DNA of 64,000 bases from Pseudomonadota bacterium (lineage in GTDB: Bacteria; Desulfobacterota; Binatia; Binatales; Binataceae). The DNA is taken from contig JAJPIL010000027.1 of assembly GCA_021324755.1 (NCBI GenBank), positions 1,049-65,048 of the forward strand, in the 5' to 3' direction. The notes below the pieces were generated by a model. It worked only from the letters and a program-made list of their open reading frames with translations. It ran no database searches and was not told where the DNA came from. Within the stretch, counting starts at the first letter, position 1, and every line of letters begins with the position of its first letter. Both the position numbers and the translations under genes were made by a program. Positions 32,508-41,983 of this stretch are shown piece after piece.

Positions 32508-34187
32508 CTACGCGTCTACTTTGCCAAGTTCATCGGCGAGCTCGGGATGCGCCAGATCCCATAACGGTCGGCGACCATGAATCGGCGGTATTCGCACGAA
32601 ATTCTCGACGGGCGGTGGCGACGTAGTGGCCCATTCCAAGGTCCACGCATCCCACGGATTATCGCCAGCTGTTTCGCCGTAGCGAAGACTCATAACGACG
32701 TTGTAGAGAAAAACCAGCATCGCAATTAAGAGCACGAATGCTCCTATGGTCGAAAGCATGTTGAAAGCGGCCCAGTACGGAAGGGCTGGATAAGTAAACA
32801 CCCGCCGCGGCATCCCCATCATTCCCAGAATGTGCTGGATGAAGAAGGTAAGATTGAGACCGACGAAGGTCAGCCAAAAATGCCACGAACCAAGCCTTTC
32901 GGATAACAGTCGGCCAGAAAACTTGGGGAACCAGTAGTAAATTCCCGCAAACGAGGCGAGAACGGTGCCACCAAAAAGAACGTAATGCATGTGTGCGACG
33001 AGGTAATAGGTGTCGGTCAGTTGCCAGTCGATAGGCACCACCGCGAAGCTCACGCCGGAGAGGCCACCGATCGTGAACATCACGATGAAAGCTACGGCAA
33101 ACTTCATCGCGGTGGTGAACCTCAGCTGTCCACCGTACATCGTGGCGGTCCAGTTGAAGATTTTTACGCCTGTCGGGACCGCGATCGACATGCTGGCGAC
33201 CGCGAAAAACAGGTTTGCTATATGTCCGAGCCCCACGGCGAACATGTGATGCGCCCATACGGTAAAGCTCAGAAACGCGATTGCCACGGTCGAGGCCGCG
33301 ACGAATTCGTAGCCGAAAATAGGTTTGCGCGAAAAGACTGGAATTATTTCCGAGATCATGCCGAACGCGGGCAGGATTACGATGTAAACTTCCGGATGGC
33401 CGAAGGCCCAGAAGTAATGCTGCCAAAGCAGTGCTGAACCGCCGCTTGCAGGCGTGAAGAAGTGAGCATGAAGTTGCCGGTCGATAAGCAGCATCACTAG
33501 CGCCGCGTTCAGGACAGGCAGGGCAAACAGCATGAGAAAAGCGTTAACGAAATTCATCCAGACAAATAGCGGCAGACGCTTCATCGTCATACCTTCGGCC
33601 CGGAGCGTGACGACGGTGACGATAATGTTGATCGCTCCCGCTACTGTGCCGATTCCAGCCACGATGAGGCTCAGGATCCAGTAGTCCTGGCCGCTTCGCA
33701 GCGAAAAGGCCGCCTCGCTAAGTGGCGTGTAGCTGAACCATCCCGCGCTGGGTGCTCCACCCGCGAAAAAGCTAAAGTAAAGCATAAGCCCGGCGAACAG
33801 GGTCAGCCAGAAGCTCATCGCATTGAGGCGCGGAAAGGCTACGTCGCGGGCCCCGATCATCAGCGGCACCAGATACACGGTGAATCCCGTCAGTAGCGGC
33901 ATCGCCACGAAAAAAATCATCGTCGTCCCATGCATCGTAAACAGAGCATTGAACGTTTCGGGCGACAGAAAGTGGTTGTTCGGTACCGCCAACTGAATTC
34001 TCATTAGCAAAGCCTCGATCCCGCCCAGGCCAAAAAAGACAAACGCGGCCACGATGTACATCAACCCCACCTGCTTGTGATCGACCGAGGCGACCCATCC
34101 AAGCAAACCTTCGTGCGAAAACCACCCCACGCGCTCGCGTTCACCTACCAGGCCGGCTATGCCTTCGGTAAACTCATGTCCTTTCAT
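32508..34187 (-). CDS. ctaD: cytochrome c oxidase subunit I, A1 type
   Basis: FTMHGT, GHPEVY, WAHH, VAHMHYV, GMPRR. Confidence 0.98.
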   Translation of the reverse strand: MKGHEFTEGIAGLVGERERVGWFSHEGLLGWVASVDHKQVGLMYIVAAFVFFGLGGIEALLMRIQLAVPNNHFLSPETFNALFTMHGTTMIFFVAMPLLTGFTVYLVPLMIGARDVAFPRLNAMSFWLTLFAGLMLYFSFFAGGAPSAGWFSYTPLSEAAFSLRSGQDYWILSLIVAGIGTVAGAINIIVTVVTLRAEGMTMKRLPLFVWMNFVNAFLMLFALPVLNAALVMLLIDRQLHAHFFTPASGGSALLWQHYFWAFGHPEVYIVILPAFGMISEIIPVFSRKPIFGYEFVAASTVAIAFLSFTVWAHHMFAVGLGHIANLFFAVASMSIAVPTGVKIFNWTATMYGGQLRFTTAMKFAVAFIVMFTIGGLSGVSFAVVPIDWQLTDTYYLVAHMHYVLFGGTVLASFAGIYYWFPKFSGRLLSERLGSWHFWLTFVGLNLTFFIQHILGMMGMPRRVFTYPALPYWAAFNMLSTIGAFVLLIAMLVFLYNVVMSLRYGETAGDNPWDAWTLEWATTSPPPVENFVRIPPIHGRRPLWDLAHPELADELGKVDA

Positions 34188-35218
34188 TTCGTGGTCTCCA
34201 GATATGCCACCAACGCGCGTACCTGCGCGTCGCTAAGATGAAAGTTGGGCATGTTGCTGCCCGGCTTGATTCGATCTGGGTCCTTAAGCCACTCGGCCAG
34301 TGTTTGGGGATTATTGACCGCTGCGCCACCGGCAAGCATCCGTCGTTGCGCCAGATGGGTCAGATCGGGTCCCGCGGTTTGATTCGCTCGCGTTCCGGCT
34401 AGGCGATGGCAGTTGACGCACGTGAGCTCATTGAAAAGCTTCATACCGGCGAGCGCTTCCGGCTCGCTCGGAGGCTGGGGAATTTTGAGCTGAGCTTGTT
34501 CCCAAGCCGTGAACTCTTCGGGAGACTGAACCACTACTTCAAAACGCATCCAAGCATGTTCTGTGCCGCAGAACTCGGCGCATATGCCGGAATAAACTCC
34601 GGGCCGGTCAGCTCTGAGCCACAAGTAGTTGGTGTGCCCAGGGATGGCGTCGATTTTGCGCCCTAATTGAGGCACCCAGAAGTCATGTATCACGTCTGCG
34701 GCCTCGAGCTGGATGAGCACAGCCTTACCCACTGGCAGATGAATCTCGTTCGCCGTGATTACGCCAGATTTGAGGTACTTTACTTCCCACCACCATTGAT
34801 GGCCGACTACGAGAAGATCGGCAGGACGCGTTCCTTTCTTTGGATTGGCCGCGCGCATAGTTTTGGCGGTGAAGACGAAAACCGTTGCCAGCAGACCGAT
34901 CGGAACTGCGGTCCACAAAAACTCGAGCTTACGCGAACCCGCCAACTGGCGCGGCATGGAACTTCCGGGGCGCTCGCGATAGCGGACAATAGCGTAAACC
35001 ACAAGACCGCTAACGAGCACAAAGATGACGGCAAGAATCACTAGGACTCCCAAAAAGAGCCTTGTGATCGCCGCGGCCTGGGGTGATACCGGATTTAGGG
35101 TATCTATGGAACTCAAATTGAAAACTTCAATCGCGCCGACGAAATCGAACAGCAGACGCAGTGCTGTTCGAGTCGGATGAGTTGTCAATATGCAAGTTCG
35201 CGAACAACCTTCGCTCAA
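34184..35218 (-). CDS. ctaC: cytochrome c oxidase subunit II with fused cytochrome c (caa3 type); true start probably about 100 nt downstream of the ORF start
   Basis: HQWWW, DVIHDFWVP, CuA ligands CAEFCGTEHAWM, CVNCH heme c and PGSNMP. Confidence 0.95.
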   Translation of the reverse strand: MSEGCSRTCILTTHPTRTALRLLFDFVGAIEVFNLSSIDTLNPVSPQAAAITRLFLGVLVILAVIFVLVSGLVVYAIVRYRERPGSSMPRQLAGSRKLEFLWTAVPIGLLATVFVFTAKTMRAANPKKGTRPADLLVVGHQWWWEVKYLKSGVITANEIHLPVGKAVLIQLEAADVIHDFWVPQLGRKIDAIPGHTNYLWLRADRPGVYSGICAEFCGTEHAWMRFEVVVQSPEEFTAWEQAQLKIPQPPSEPEALAGMKLFNELTCVNCHRLAGTRANQTAGPDLTHLAQRRMLAGGAAVNNPQTLAEWLKDPDRIKPGSNMPNFHLSDAQVRALVAYLETTK

Positions 35219-35223
35219 TCATC

Positions 35224-36024
35224 TTATTTCACGGGCGCAGCGTCAAGCCTTACGACCATACCACGCAGTCGCTCTTCTGCCGGCGGATATAATTCCATCA
35301 CGAGCGGGTCGTGTCCTGGGATGATATGATCAACGGAGTCGGCTAGCTGTTCTAGCTTTTGGTAGCCTTCGAGCATTTTCCCCACGTCGAGCACGATCGG
35401 GAACGGCCGTCTTTGTTGCAAGTTGGCGAAGAAATGGGTTGCGTCGGACGCCACCACGACCCATCCGCGCCGCGTCCTGACGCGCACGGCCTGCAGCCCC
35501 ATCGTATGCCCTCCTATCAGGTGGACGCTTATCCCTGGGGCAATTTCCGCGTCGCCCGAATAAAACTCCACGCGTCGCGCAAAGACCGCTCTGACAACTC
35601 CTACGACGTCGTCTACTTCGTAAGCAGCGGAGGTAAAATCGTACTTCATGTACCGGCCGGTCGCAAAGGCAATCTCGTGCTCTTGCAGATGGAAACGGGC
35701 GTTCGGAAAAAGATCACAATTGCCTGCGTGATCGTAGTGTAGATGAGTCAGGATTACGTCTACTTGGCGCGTTGCGTCGACCCCCAGTTCGCTAAGAGTC
35801 CGCACGGGGCAGCGCAGAAACTCTCTGCCGCGTTTAGCAGCCCTCGCTACGTTAAAACCGGTGTCGATTACAAAAGTACGCTCGTTATTTGTGGCGACCC
35901 AAACAAAGTAATCCATCGGCATCGGATAGTCGTGAGGATCGCCTCCGATGAAGTTCTCTGAGGCTTTGCGCTTATGGGTTGCGTATCGAACGGCGAATAA
36001 CTCATACACATCTGTTTGCGTCAT
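35224..36024 (-). CDS. metallo-beta-lactamase-fold N-acyl homoserine lactonase family protein
   Basis: DTGF, THLHYDHAG, GGHTMG, SDATH, PGHD. Confidence 0.88.
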   Translation of the reverse strand: MTQTDVYELFAVRYATHKRKASENFIGGDPHDYPMPMDYFVWVATNNERTFVIDTGFNVARAAKRGREFLRCPVRTLSELGVDATRQVDVILTHLHYDHAGNCDLFPNARFHLQEHEIAFATGRYMKYDFTSAAYEVDDVVGVVRAVFARRVEFYSGDAEIAPGISVHLIGGHTMGLQAVRVRTRRGWVVVASDATHFFANLQQRRPFPIVLDVGKMLEGYQKLEQLADSVDHIIPGHDPLVMELYPPAEERLRGMVVRLDAAPVK

Positions 36025-36442
36025 GTTTGCTCAATCCTCCCCACGCCGATTCCCGTTAAATCGCGCAAAACGGTGTAGGCTAAGTGGTTTGGCACGGACG
36101 ACCTTCGGGAAAGCAGGATTGTTACGACTTGCCTAGCTGGTGCAACCGCAGCATTTTTGACCGGGACCTCATTTAGACTGTCCGGATGAAAAGGATCGCT
36201 AAATTTGGGTTGTAATCATGGCCGCGCTATGCGACTAGCTCGCTCGATAAAGGTGTTAAAGCCCTTGGGTTTCGTAGGCGCCTGGGAGCAGACCGGCGAA
36301 TTGGCCGATTCGCTGCTGGCAGAACCTCTCAGCTAATAGAGCGCGCCGTTGCGGCTTGAACCGAGGAAGAAAGGCGTGGCAAAAACGCGCTGCTGAAGCT
36401 GGCACAAAAGCGCTCTTGAGCCACCCGCCACCGGTAAATCGC

Positions 36443-36838
36443 CTATCCGCCACCGCTTTGCTTTCGAGCTTCTTCCGCAAATACTTCGCGCGCGATTCGA
36501 AAACTATCGACCGCAGCCGGCACACCGCAATAAATCGCGGCCTGAAGAAAAATTTCCCTAATTTCCTCTTTGGTAACGCCGTTGTTGAGCGCGCCTCGCA
36601 CGTGAATCTTAATCTCGTGCGGGCGATTCAAAGCGGTGAGCATCGCAAGATTAAGCATACTTCGCACTTTGCGCGAAAGCCCCGGTCGATTCCAAATCTT
36701 GCCCCAGCAATATTCGGTTACCAACTCTTGCAGCGGCTGTGAGAACTCGTCTGCTTCGGCTATCGCTCGATCCACGTATTCCGCGCCCAACACTTCTCTG
36801 CGAGTTGCAAGTCCTTGTCGGTATAGTTCCTGTTCCAT
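36443..36838 (-). CDS. carboxymuconolactone decarboxylase (PcaC) family protein
   Basis: G..TRREVLG.EYV, YCWG.IW.RPGL, HVRGALNNG, AIYCGVPA. Confidence 0.92.
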   Translation of the reverse strand: MEQELYRQGLATRREVLGAEYVDRAIAEADEFSQPLQELVTEYCWGKIWNRPGLSRKVRSMLNLAMLTALNRPHEIKIHVRGALNNGVTKEEIREIFLQAAIYCGVPAAVDSFRIAREVFAEEARKQSGGG

Positions 36839-37077
36839 ATCGTACCCCCGAATCGTCGTCTAATGCGGCTAATTTAGGTTAGCTTAGCAAGTGATTCGCT
36901 GCCACACCTCGGATGGATGTTAGTTCTAGGATATCGTGATAAATGAGCGATGGAAGAGGTGACTGCGACCGCTCGGCAATGGCTTGGGCGCTGTCGCTTA
37001 AAAATGCGCGGGCTGAAAAGATAGGAAAAAAAACAGCTCCCAGCCCGCGCAATCAACCACAAGCTCTTTTAGCTAGA

Positions 37078-38823
37078 CTACTTGCGCAGCGCAAAAACCC
37101 AAACCACTCCTCCTTGGGGCACGTCTTTACGGTACTGTGGGTAGTCTTTGTTAAAGATATCTTGCACCCTCTGAGGATCGACTCCCCATCCTGACTGAAC
37201 CGCGATGTACTCGGTGCCGTCGACCTCGTAGGCGACTGGGGGAGCGATGATGCCAGAGTTGGTGGGATACTCCCACAACACGTCTCCGGTTTCGGCGTCA
37301 AACGCGCGGAACATTCGATCGTTGGTCCCGCCCATAAAGACCACGTTTCCCGCGGTCGCAAGGACGCCGCCAAAGTTATGTGAATTAGTGAATTTATGTA
37401 CCCAAACTTTTTTATTGTTCTTGATATCCCAGGCTTGGAGCTCGCCGATGTGGTCCGCGCCTTCGCGCACGTACGCCAAGTTGCGATCGATATCGACTCC
37501 GATAAATAGTTGCCCTGGCTCGTACGGACTAAGCTTGCCCACTAAATGGCTGCATAGGTTTTCGTTGGCTGGCACGTACAGTAGCCCGGTCTTCGGGCTA
37601 TAGGCTTCCAAAGCCCAGTCATCACCGCCCCATAGCGATGGGCAGAAGGAAGCCTCGCTCGTGCTTGACACGATATGCTTCGGGTCATACTGAGGTCGAC
37701 CGGTTTCGGGATCAAGGCTTGTAAAGACGTTTTGATAAACGAAGGGCTGAGCCGAGATGTAATTGATCTTGTCTGGGGCGCGTTCAAATTGCCACAGATA
37801 GCCGTCTCGTCCCGCGTGGACAAGTTCCTTGATCGTGCGCCCGTTCTTCTCGATATCGATCAGCAGTGGCGGTCGAACCTCGTCCCAGTCCCATCCGTCG
37901 TTCCATTGATACTGATGGTAGGCTTTGATAGCGCCGGTATCCGGATCGATGGCGAGCAACGAAGTGGCATAGAGGTTGTCGCCTTTGCGCACGTCAGGCG
38001 GCCATGGTCCCGGATTGCCCGTTCCCCAGTACACCAGATTGAGTTCCGGGTCGTAGTTCCCGCTCATCCAAGCGGGTGCGCCGCCGTGTTGCCAAGAGTC
38101 GCCGGCCCATGACTCGTGGCCCGGCTCACCTGGTCCAGGGATCGTATATGTTTTCCACAAGGGTTTGCCGTCTTTGGCGTCGAAAGCAGCGATGAAGCCG
38201 CGGATGCCGTATTCACCACCCGAACTCCCCACTATTACCTTACCCTTGACGATAAGTGGCGCGCAGGTCATGTAGTAGCCTTTTTTGTAATCTTCAACCG
38301 CGCGGTCCCAAACCACCTTGCCCGTTTTGGCATCCAAAGCGATCAGGTGCGCGTCGGTAGTGGTGAAGTAAACCTTGTCGTCGTAAAGCGCGACGCCGCG
38401 ATTGGTCGGATGCAGCTGAAACAGGTCTTCTGGCAGTTGCTTGCGATAGCGCCAGAGGGCGTTGCCCGTTTTAGCGTCAAGCGCGATCACTTGAGCCTGA
38501 GGAGTGGAGACGAACATTATGCCGTTGTTGACGATGGGTGGCGATTCGTGGCCCTCGGTGACGCCCGTGGAGAATAACCATACAGGCACCAAGTTCTTGA
38601 CGTTGTCGCGGTTAATCTGGTCGAGCGGACTGTAGCCCCATCCGTTGTATGTGCGTCTTATAAGCAGCCAGTTCTCCGGTTCAGGATTCGAAAGGCGCGA
38701 ATCGGTGACGGGAGTGTAATTCGAAAGATCGGCGGCCAATCCGGCAAGCGCAAAAGTACCGAGAATCCCGATCGTCGCGCAAATAGCTAAAAGTGCAAGC
38801 CGACCGCGTTTCATTGGTTCCAT
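37078..38823 (-). CDS. PQQ-dependent dehydrogenase, methanol/ethanol-family fold, atypical active site
   Basis: Sec signal, repeated ALDAKTG..W propeller motifs, SPLDQIN, GGEYG, WGTGNPGPW, WDWDE. HPTNRG occupies the position of CCDxVNRG. Confidence 0.93.
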   Translation of the reverse strand: MEPMKRGRLALLAICATIGILGTFALAGLAADLSNYTPVTDSRLSNPEPENWLLIRRTYNGWGYSPLDQINRDNVKNLVPVWLFSTGVTEGHESPPIVNNGIMFVSTPQAQVIALDAKTGNALWRYRKQLPEDLFQLHPTNRGVALYDDKVYFTTTDAHLIALDAKTGKVVWDRAVEDYKKGYYMTCAPLIVKGKVIVGSSGGEYGIRGFIAAFDAKDGKPLWKTYTIPGPGEPGHESWAGDSWQHGGAPAWMSGNYDPELNLVYWGTGNPGPWPPDVRKGDNLYATSLLAIDPDTGAIKAYHQYQWNDGWDWDEVRPPLLIDIEKNGRTIKELVHAGRDGYLWQFERAPDKINYISAQPFVYQNVFTSLDPETGRPQYDPKHIVSSTSEASFCPSLWGGDDWALEAYSPKTGLLYVPANENLCSHLVGKLSPYEPGQLFIGVDIDRNLAYVREGADHIGELQAWDIKNNKKVWVHKFTNSHNFGGVLATAGNVVFMGGTNDRMFRAFDAETGDVLWEYPTNSGIIAPPVAYEVDGTEYIAVQSGWGVDPQRVQDIFNKDYPQYRKDVPQGGVVWVFALRK

Positions 38824-38914
38824 TCCTCCCCCTTTTTAGTCGTTTCGTTCGCCTAGAATAGGCGGTGGCGTAGCCTTGGATGGCTGTTGTTAGCCGAGTT
38901 TCGCGCGCTTGTGT

Positions 38915-39520
38915 TCAGCTTCCCTGCGCGCCCAGTCGACCAATGAATTTGCCTGCCACGACCAGCGTGCCATCGACTGACTTAAGCGGAAGAATTGCCA
39001 GTCTGAAATGAGTCGGACCTCTAAGCACTTCGGCCTGATTGGCCGCGTCGTACTGCGAGCCATGGCATGGGCATTGAAGAACATTGCGCTCCGGGAACCA
39101 TTCCGTCACCGGACACCCTTCATGAGTACACACTGCCGAATACGCTACGACGCCCTGTGCAGAACACTCGCGAGTGGTCGGTGAAAGACGTTGCGGGTCG
39201 AGCTTCAGCAAAAGCAGCCGATTAAGCCGAGTTCCGTCGCGCACAAGCTTTGACTTGGGCTCCATCGGCCAAGCAAAGACAATAGGACCACCAAACGGCA
39301 GCGCTGAGACCTCAACCAGCTTGCCAGCGCGCGGCCCCGCCGCAAAAACAAGCAAGTCTCCAGGCTGAGGATGGAGACTTCGTGGGTCGCTTTCTCCCGC
39401 AAGCAGATTGTCGGTTACAGATACGCAGATCGCCCCAACTAGCAGTTTAAGGGCTGTGCGGCGAGCTAGCTTCGGGCTCCAGTCCCGACGCTGAAGATCC
39501 GAGTCGTCCGCTGGCGGCAC
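38915..39520 (-). CDS. Tat-exported Rieske [2Fe-2S] protein (standalone)
   Basis: GTG start with GAAGGGGG RBS, ARRTALK twin-arginine signal, CTHEGC and CPCHGSQY. Confidence 0.88.
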   Translation of the reverse strand: MPPADDSDLQRRDWSPKLARRTALKLLVGAICVSVTDNLLAGESDPRSLHPQPGDLLVFAAGPRAGKLVEVSALPFGGPIVFAWPMEPKSKLVRDGTRLNRLLLLKLDPQRLSPTTRECSAQGVVAYSAVCTHEGCPVTEWFPERNVLQCPCHGSQYDAANQAEVLRGPTHFRLAILPLKSVDGTLVVAGKFIGRLGAQGS

Positions 39521-39885
39521 GTTCAGCACCCCCCTTCGGTCGATAACTCGGAAAATAAGCCCCGTAACCCCCAAGAAGCGGGACGCTTTAATGCTATAGC
39601 CAAAAAGTGAGCAAATCAAGGCAGGGTCAAAATTGCCGCTCAAAGGCGCTTTCGTGCTATGTTTGTGGCAACGCTTGAGCGAGCTCGTGCGAAAACGTGG
39701 CTAACGAGCAGTAAACGTTCATGTTTTTCGGTGCTCAAAACTAGCGCGGTGCCCGTCGCTTGTTTCGTCGTTTGCGCAAGCTTGCTACGAAATAGATAAA
39801 ATGCGAGTTTCTCCTGCAAAATTAGGGTTTCAGCTGCTCGGTCTGAGGGGCGTTTCCAGCAGCACTTTGCTCGGGAGGGATTCAT

Positions 39886-41097
39886 ATGCCAGGTCCGCTT
39901 AGTGGGATTCGCGTGGTCGAAGTCGCGATGTGGGTGGCTGGACCTTCGGCTGCGGTTGTGCTGGCTGACTGGGGCGCGGAGGTAATTAAGCTCGAGAATC
40001 CAAAGGGAGGTGACCCGTATCGCGGCTTGAGGATTCACTCCGTTGGCTCAAAGAACCAGGAGATCAGCGCGGGCTATGAACTTGACAACCGCAATAAGCG
40101 TTCTGTCGCAGTGGATCTAAAGCACCCGCAGGGATACGAATTTGCCCTGCGGCTGATTGAGCGGGCCGACGTTTTTATAACCAATTTAAGGCTTGACGCG
40201 CTCGAACAGATGAAGCTTACCTACGCGGCTTTGTCGCAGCGCAACCCACGACTGGTTTACGCCAGTTTGAATGCTTACGGACACTTCGGCCCCGACCGAC
40301 TGCGGCCCGGTTTCGACTACGCGGCTGGCTGGGCGCGGTCAGGCTTGATGGCGTCGGTCGCCGAGCCAGGCTTTCCGCCTCCAGCGCAACGTCCAGGGAT
40401 GATCGATCATGCCGCGGGTCTGGGTCTGGCGGGAGCGATTTGCGCTGCGTTGCTCGGCCGTGAACGTTCAGGTAAAGGATGCGAAGTAAATCTGTCGCTG
40501 TTCTCCATGGCGCTGTGGATGAATGCCACCGACCTCACGATAGGTTTGATCAGCGGCGAGGCTCCGGGGCCCGAAAGCAGAAGCGACCGACCGAATCCTT
40601 TGTGGAATTCCTACCAGTGCAAAGACGGCCGTTGGATATATTTCGTGATGATCCAGGATAGCCGCCATTGGCAAGATTTCTGCGCCGCACTGGGCCAGCC
40701 TCAATGGGTCGAAGATCCTCGCTTTCGCGACTCGCGGGCGCGCCACAACCATAGACGAGAGCTCATCAGGGCAATCGAGGAGGTCATCGCTACGCGCACA
40801 AGAGATGAGTGGGCGCCAATCTTTGACCGGCACGGGCTTTTTTGGGCACCGGTGCAAAGCAATGCAGAGGTTTTGGCTGATCCGCAAGCCAATGCGATCG
40901 GCACGTTTGTTCCCGTAATCGAAGATAACGCCACCCGTTGCCGCGTAGTTAATAGCCCTGTGCGATTCAGTTCAGGCAGTAATGAGCCTTATCGAGCTGC
41001 TCCCCACTTGGGACAGCATACGGAAGAGGTGGCCCTCGAACTCGGGCTTACGTGGAAGGACATAGCGCGCCTAAAGGAAGAGGGCGTATTTGGCTAG
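39886..41097 (+). CDS. family III CoA-transferase (CaiB/BaiF)
   Basis: PLSGIRVVE, LADWGAEVIKLE, NRNKRS, catalytic Asp in GMID, APHLGQHT. Confidence 0.95.
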   Translation: MPGPLSGIRVVEVAMWVAGPSAAVVLADWGAEVIKLENPKGGDPYRGLRIHSVGSKNQEISAGYELDNRNKRSVAVDLKHPQGYEFALRLIERADVFITNLRLDALEQMKLTYAALSQRNPRLVYASLNAYGHFGPDRLRPGFDYAAGWARSGLMASVAEPGFPPPAQRPGMIDHAAGLGLAGAICAALLGRERSGKGCEVNLSLFSMALWMNATDLTIGLISGEAPGPESRSDRPNPLWNSYQCKDGRWIYFVMIQDSRHWQDFCAALGQPQWVEDPRFRDSRARHNHRRELIRAIEEVIATRTRDEWAPIFDRHGLFWAPVQSNAEVLADPQANAIGTFVPVIEDNATRCRVVNSPVRFSSGSNEPYRAAPHLGQHTEEVALELGLTWKDIARLKEEGVFG

Positions 41098-41983
41098 AAG
41101 CCTGACGGCTAAAAAGCAAGAATTGCTTCTGTTTCCGCTCGTCAGGTCCAGAGCTCGCGGAAAAGTTTCCATCACGCACAATAAGCCTTTCTGCACAGCG
41201 CTGTCAGAAGCAGCCGGTTGGCCTCGCAAGGTTTTAACGGCCACAGAGTCGGTCAAGCAGTCGCTATGTTGAGCTTTATGTTATCCCATCGCCCTAGTCC
41301 CACACTGACTTTGTTCGTGTGCTACTTTTGAGTAGCTAATTGGTTCTGTCAGCTTCCAGGTTTTTTGATTGGAGAGCGAAATCTGCTTTACTTGCATCCT
41401 CGGTCGAAGCTGGCGTGGGAGCATTCGTCTAACACAAAGGCTCTGAGTTCCAGATCCCCGGTGCCGGCACTGAGAAGCCCAATTCGATCGCAAGTTTATA
41501 AACTTTTTAAGCTTTACGAGCTTGGTATCGTGCGCTTTCAAATAAGGAAAGATTAAGCCTCAGTGGTGTTGTGGCTGAGACTATGCCTTGCCTAATTGCC
41601 AAAGGAAGTCGCTACGCTTCGATTAATGCTTGGTTCGATTTCGGGAAGTGAATTTTGCTTTGTGAGATTGCCGCCCTTTAATAGGGCGGGATAAGACGAT
41701 TGCACAGAGACCAAAGAACGAAACGGGCGGGAACGCTCAGGCGTGGCTAAAAGACCGGTAGAGAAACGCACGTTTTGATGAGCAACGTTATATCTGCGGG
41801 CGGAACTGTAATTGGAAGAAGTGCGCTCAACTTCACGGAGCGCTTGCGAAATTAGTAAGATTGATAGCGCTATGCTGGGCAAATTTATGTAGTGAAAAAG
41901 AAAAAGTAAAATTGGCAATTGACTCCGGTAGGGTGTGGGAACACTGGAAGTTGAACACGATGGGGAGTCCGCAACGCCGAGCG

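Noticed and set aside
37078-38823. Calling the PQQ enzyme xoxF or mxaF
   Set aside because: It lacks the vicinal Cys-Cys and the xoxGJ/mxaJGI neighbours, so the substrate cannot be assigned.
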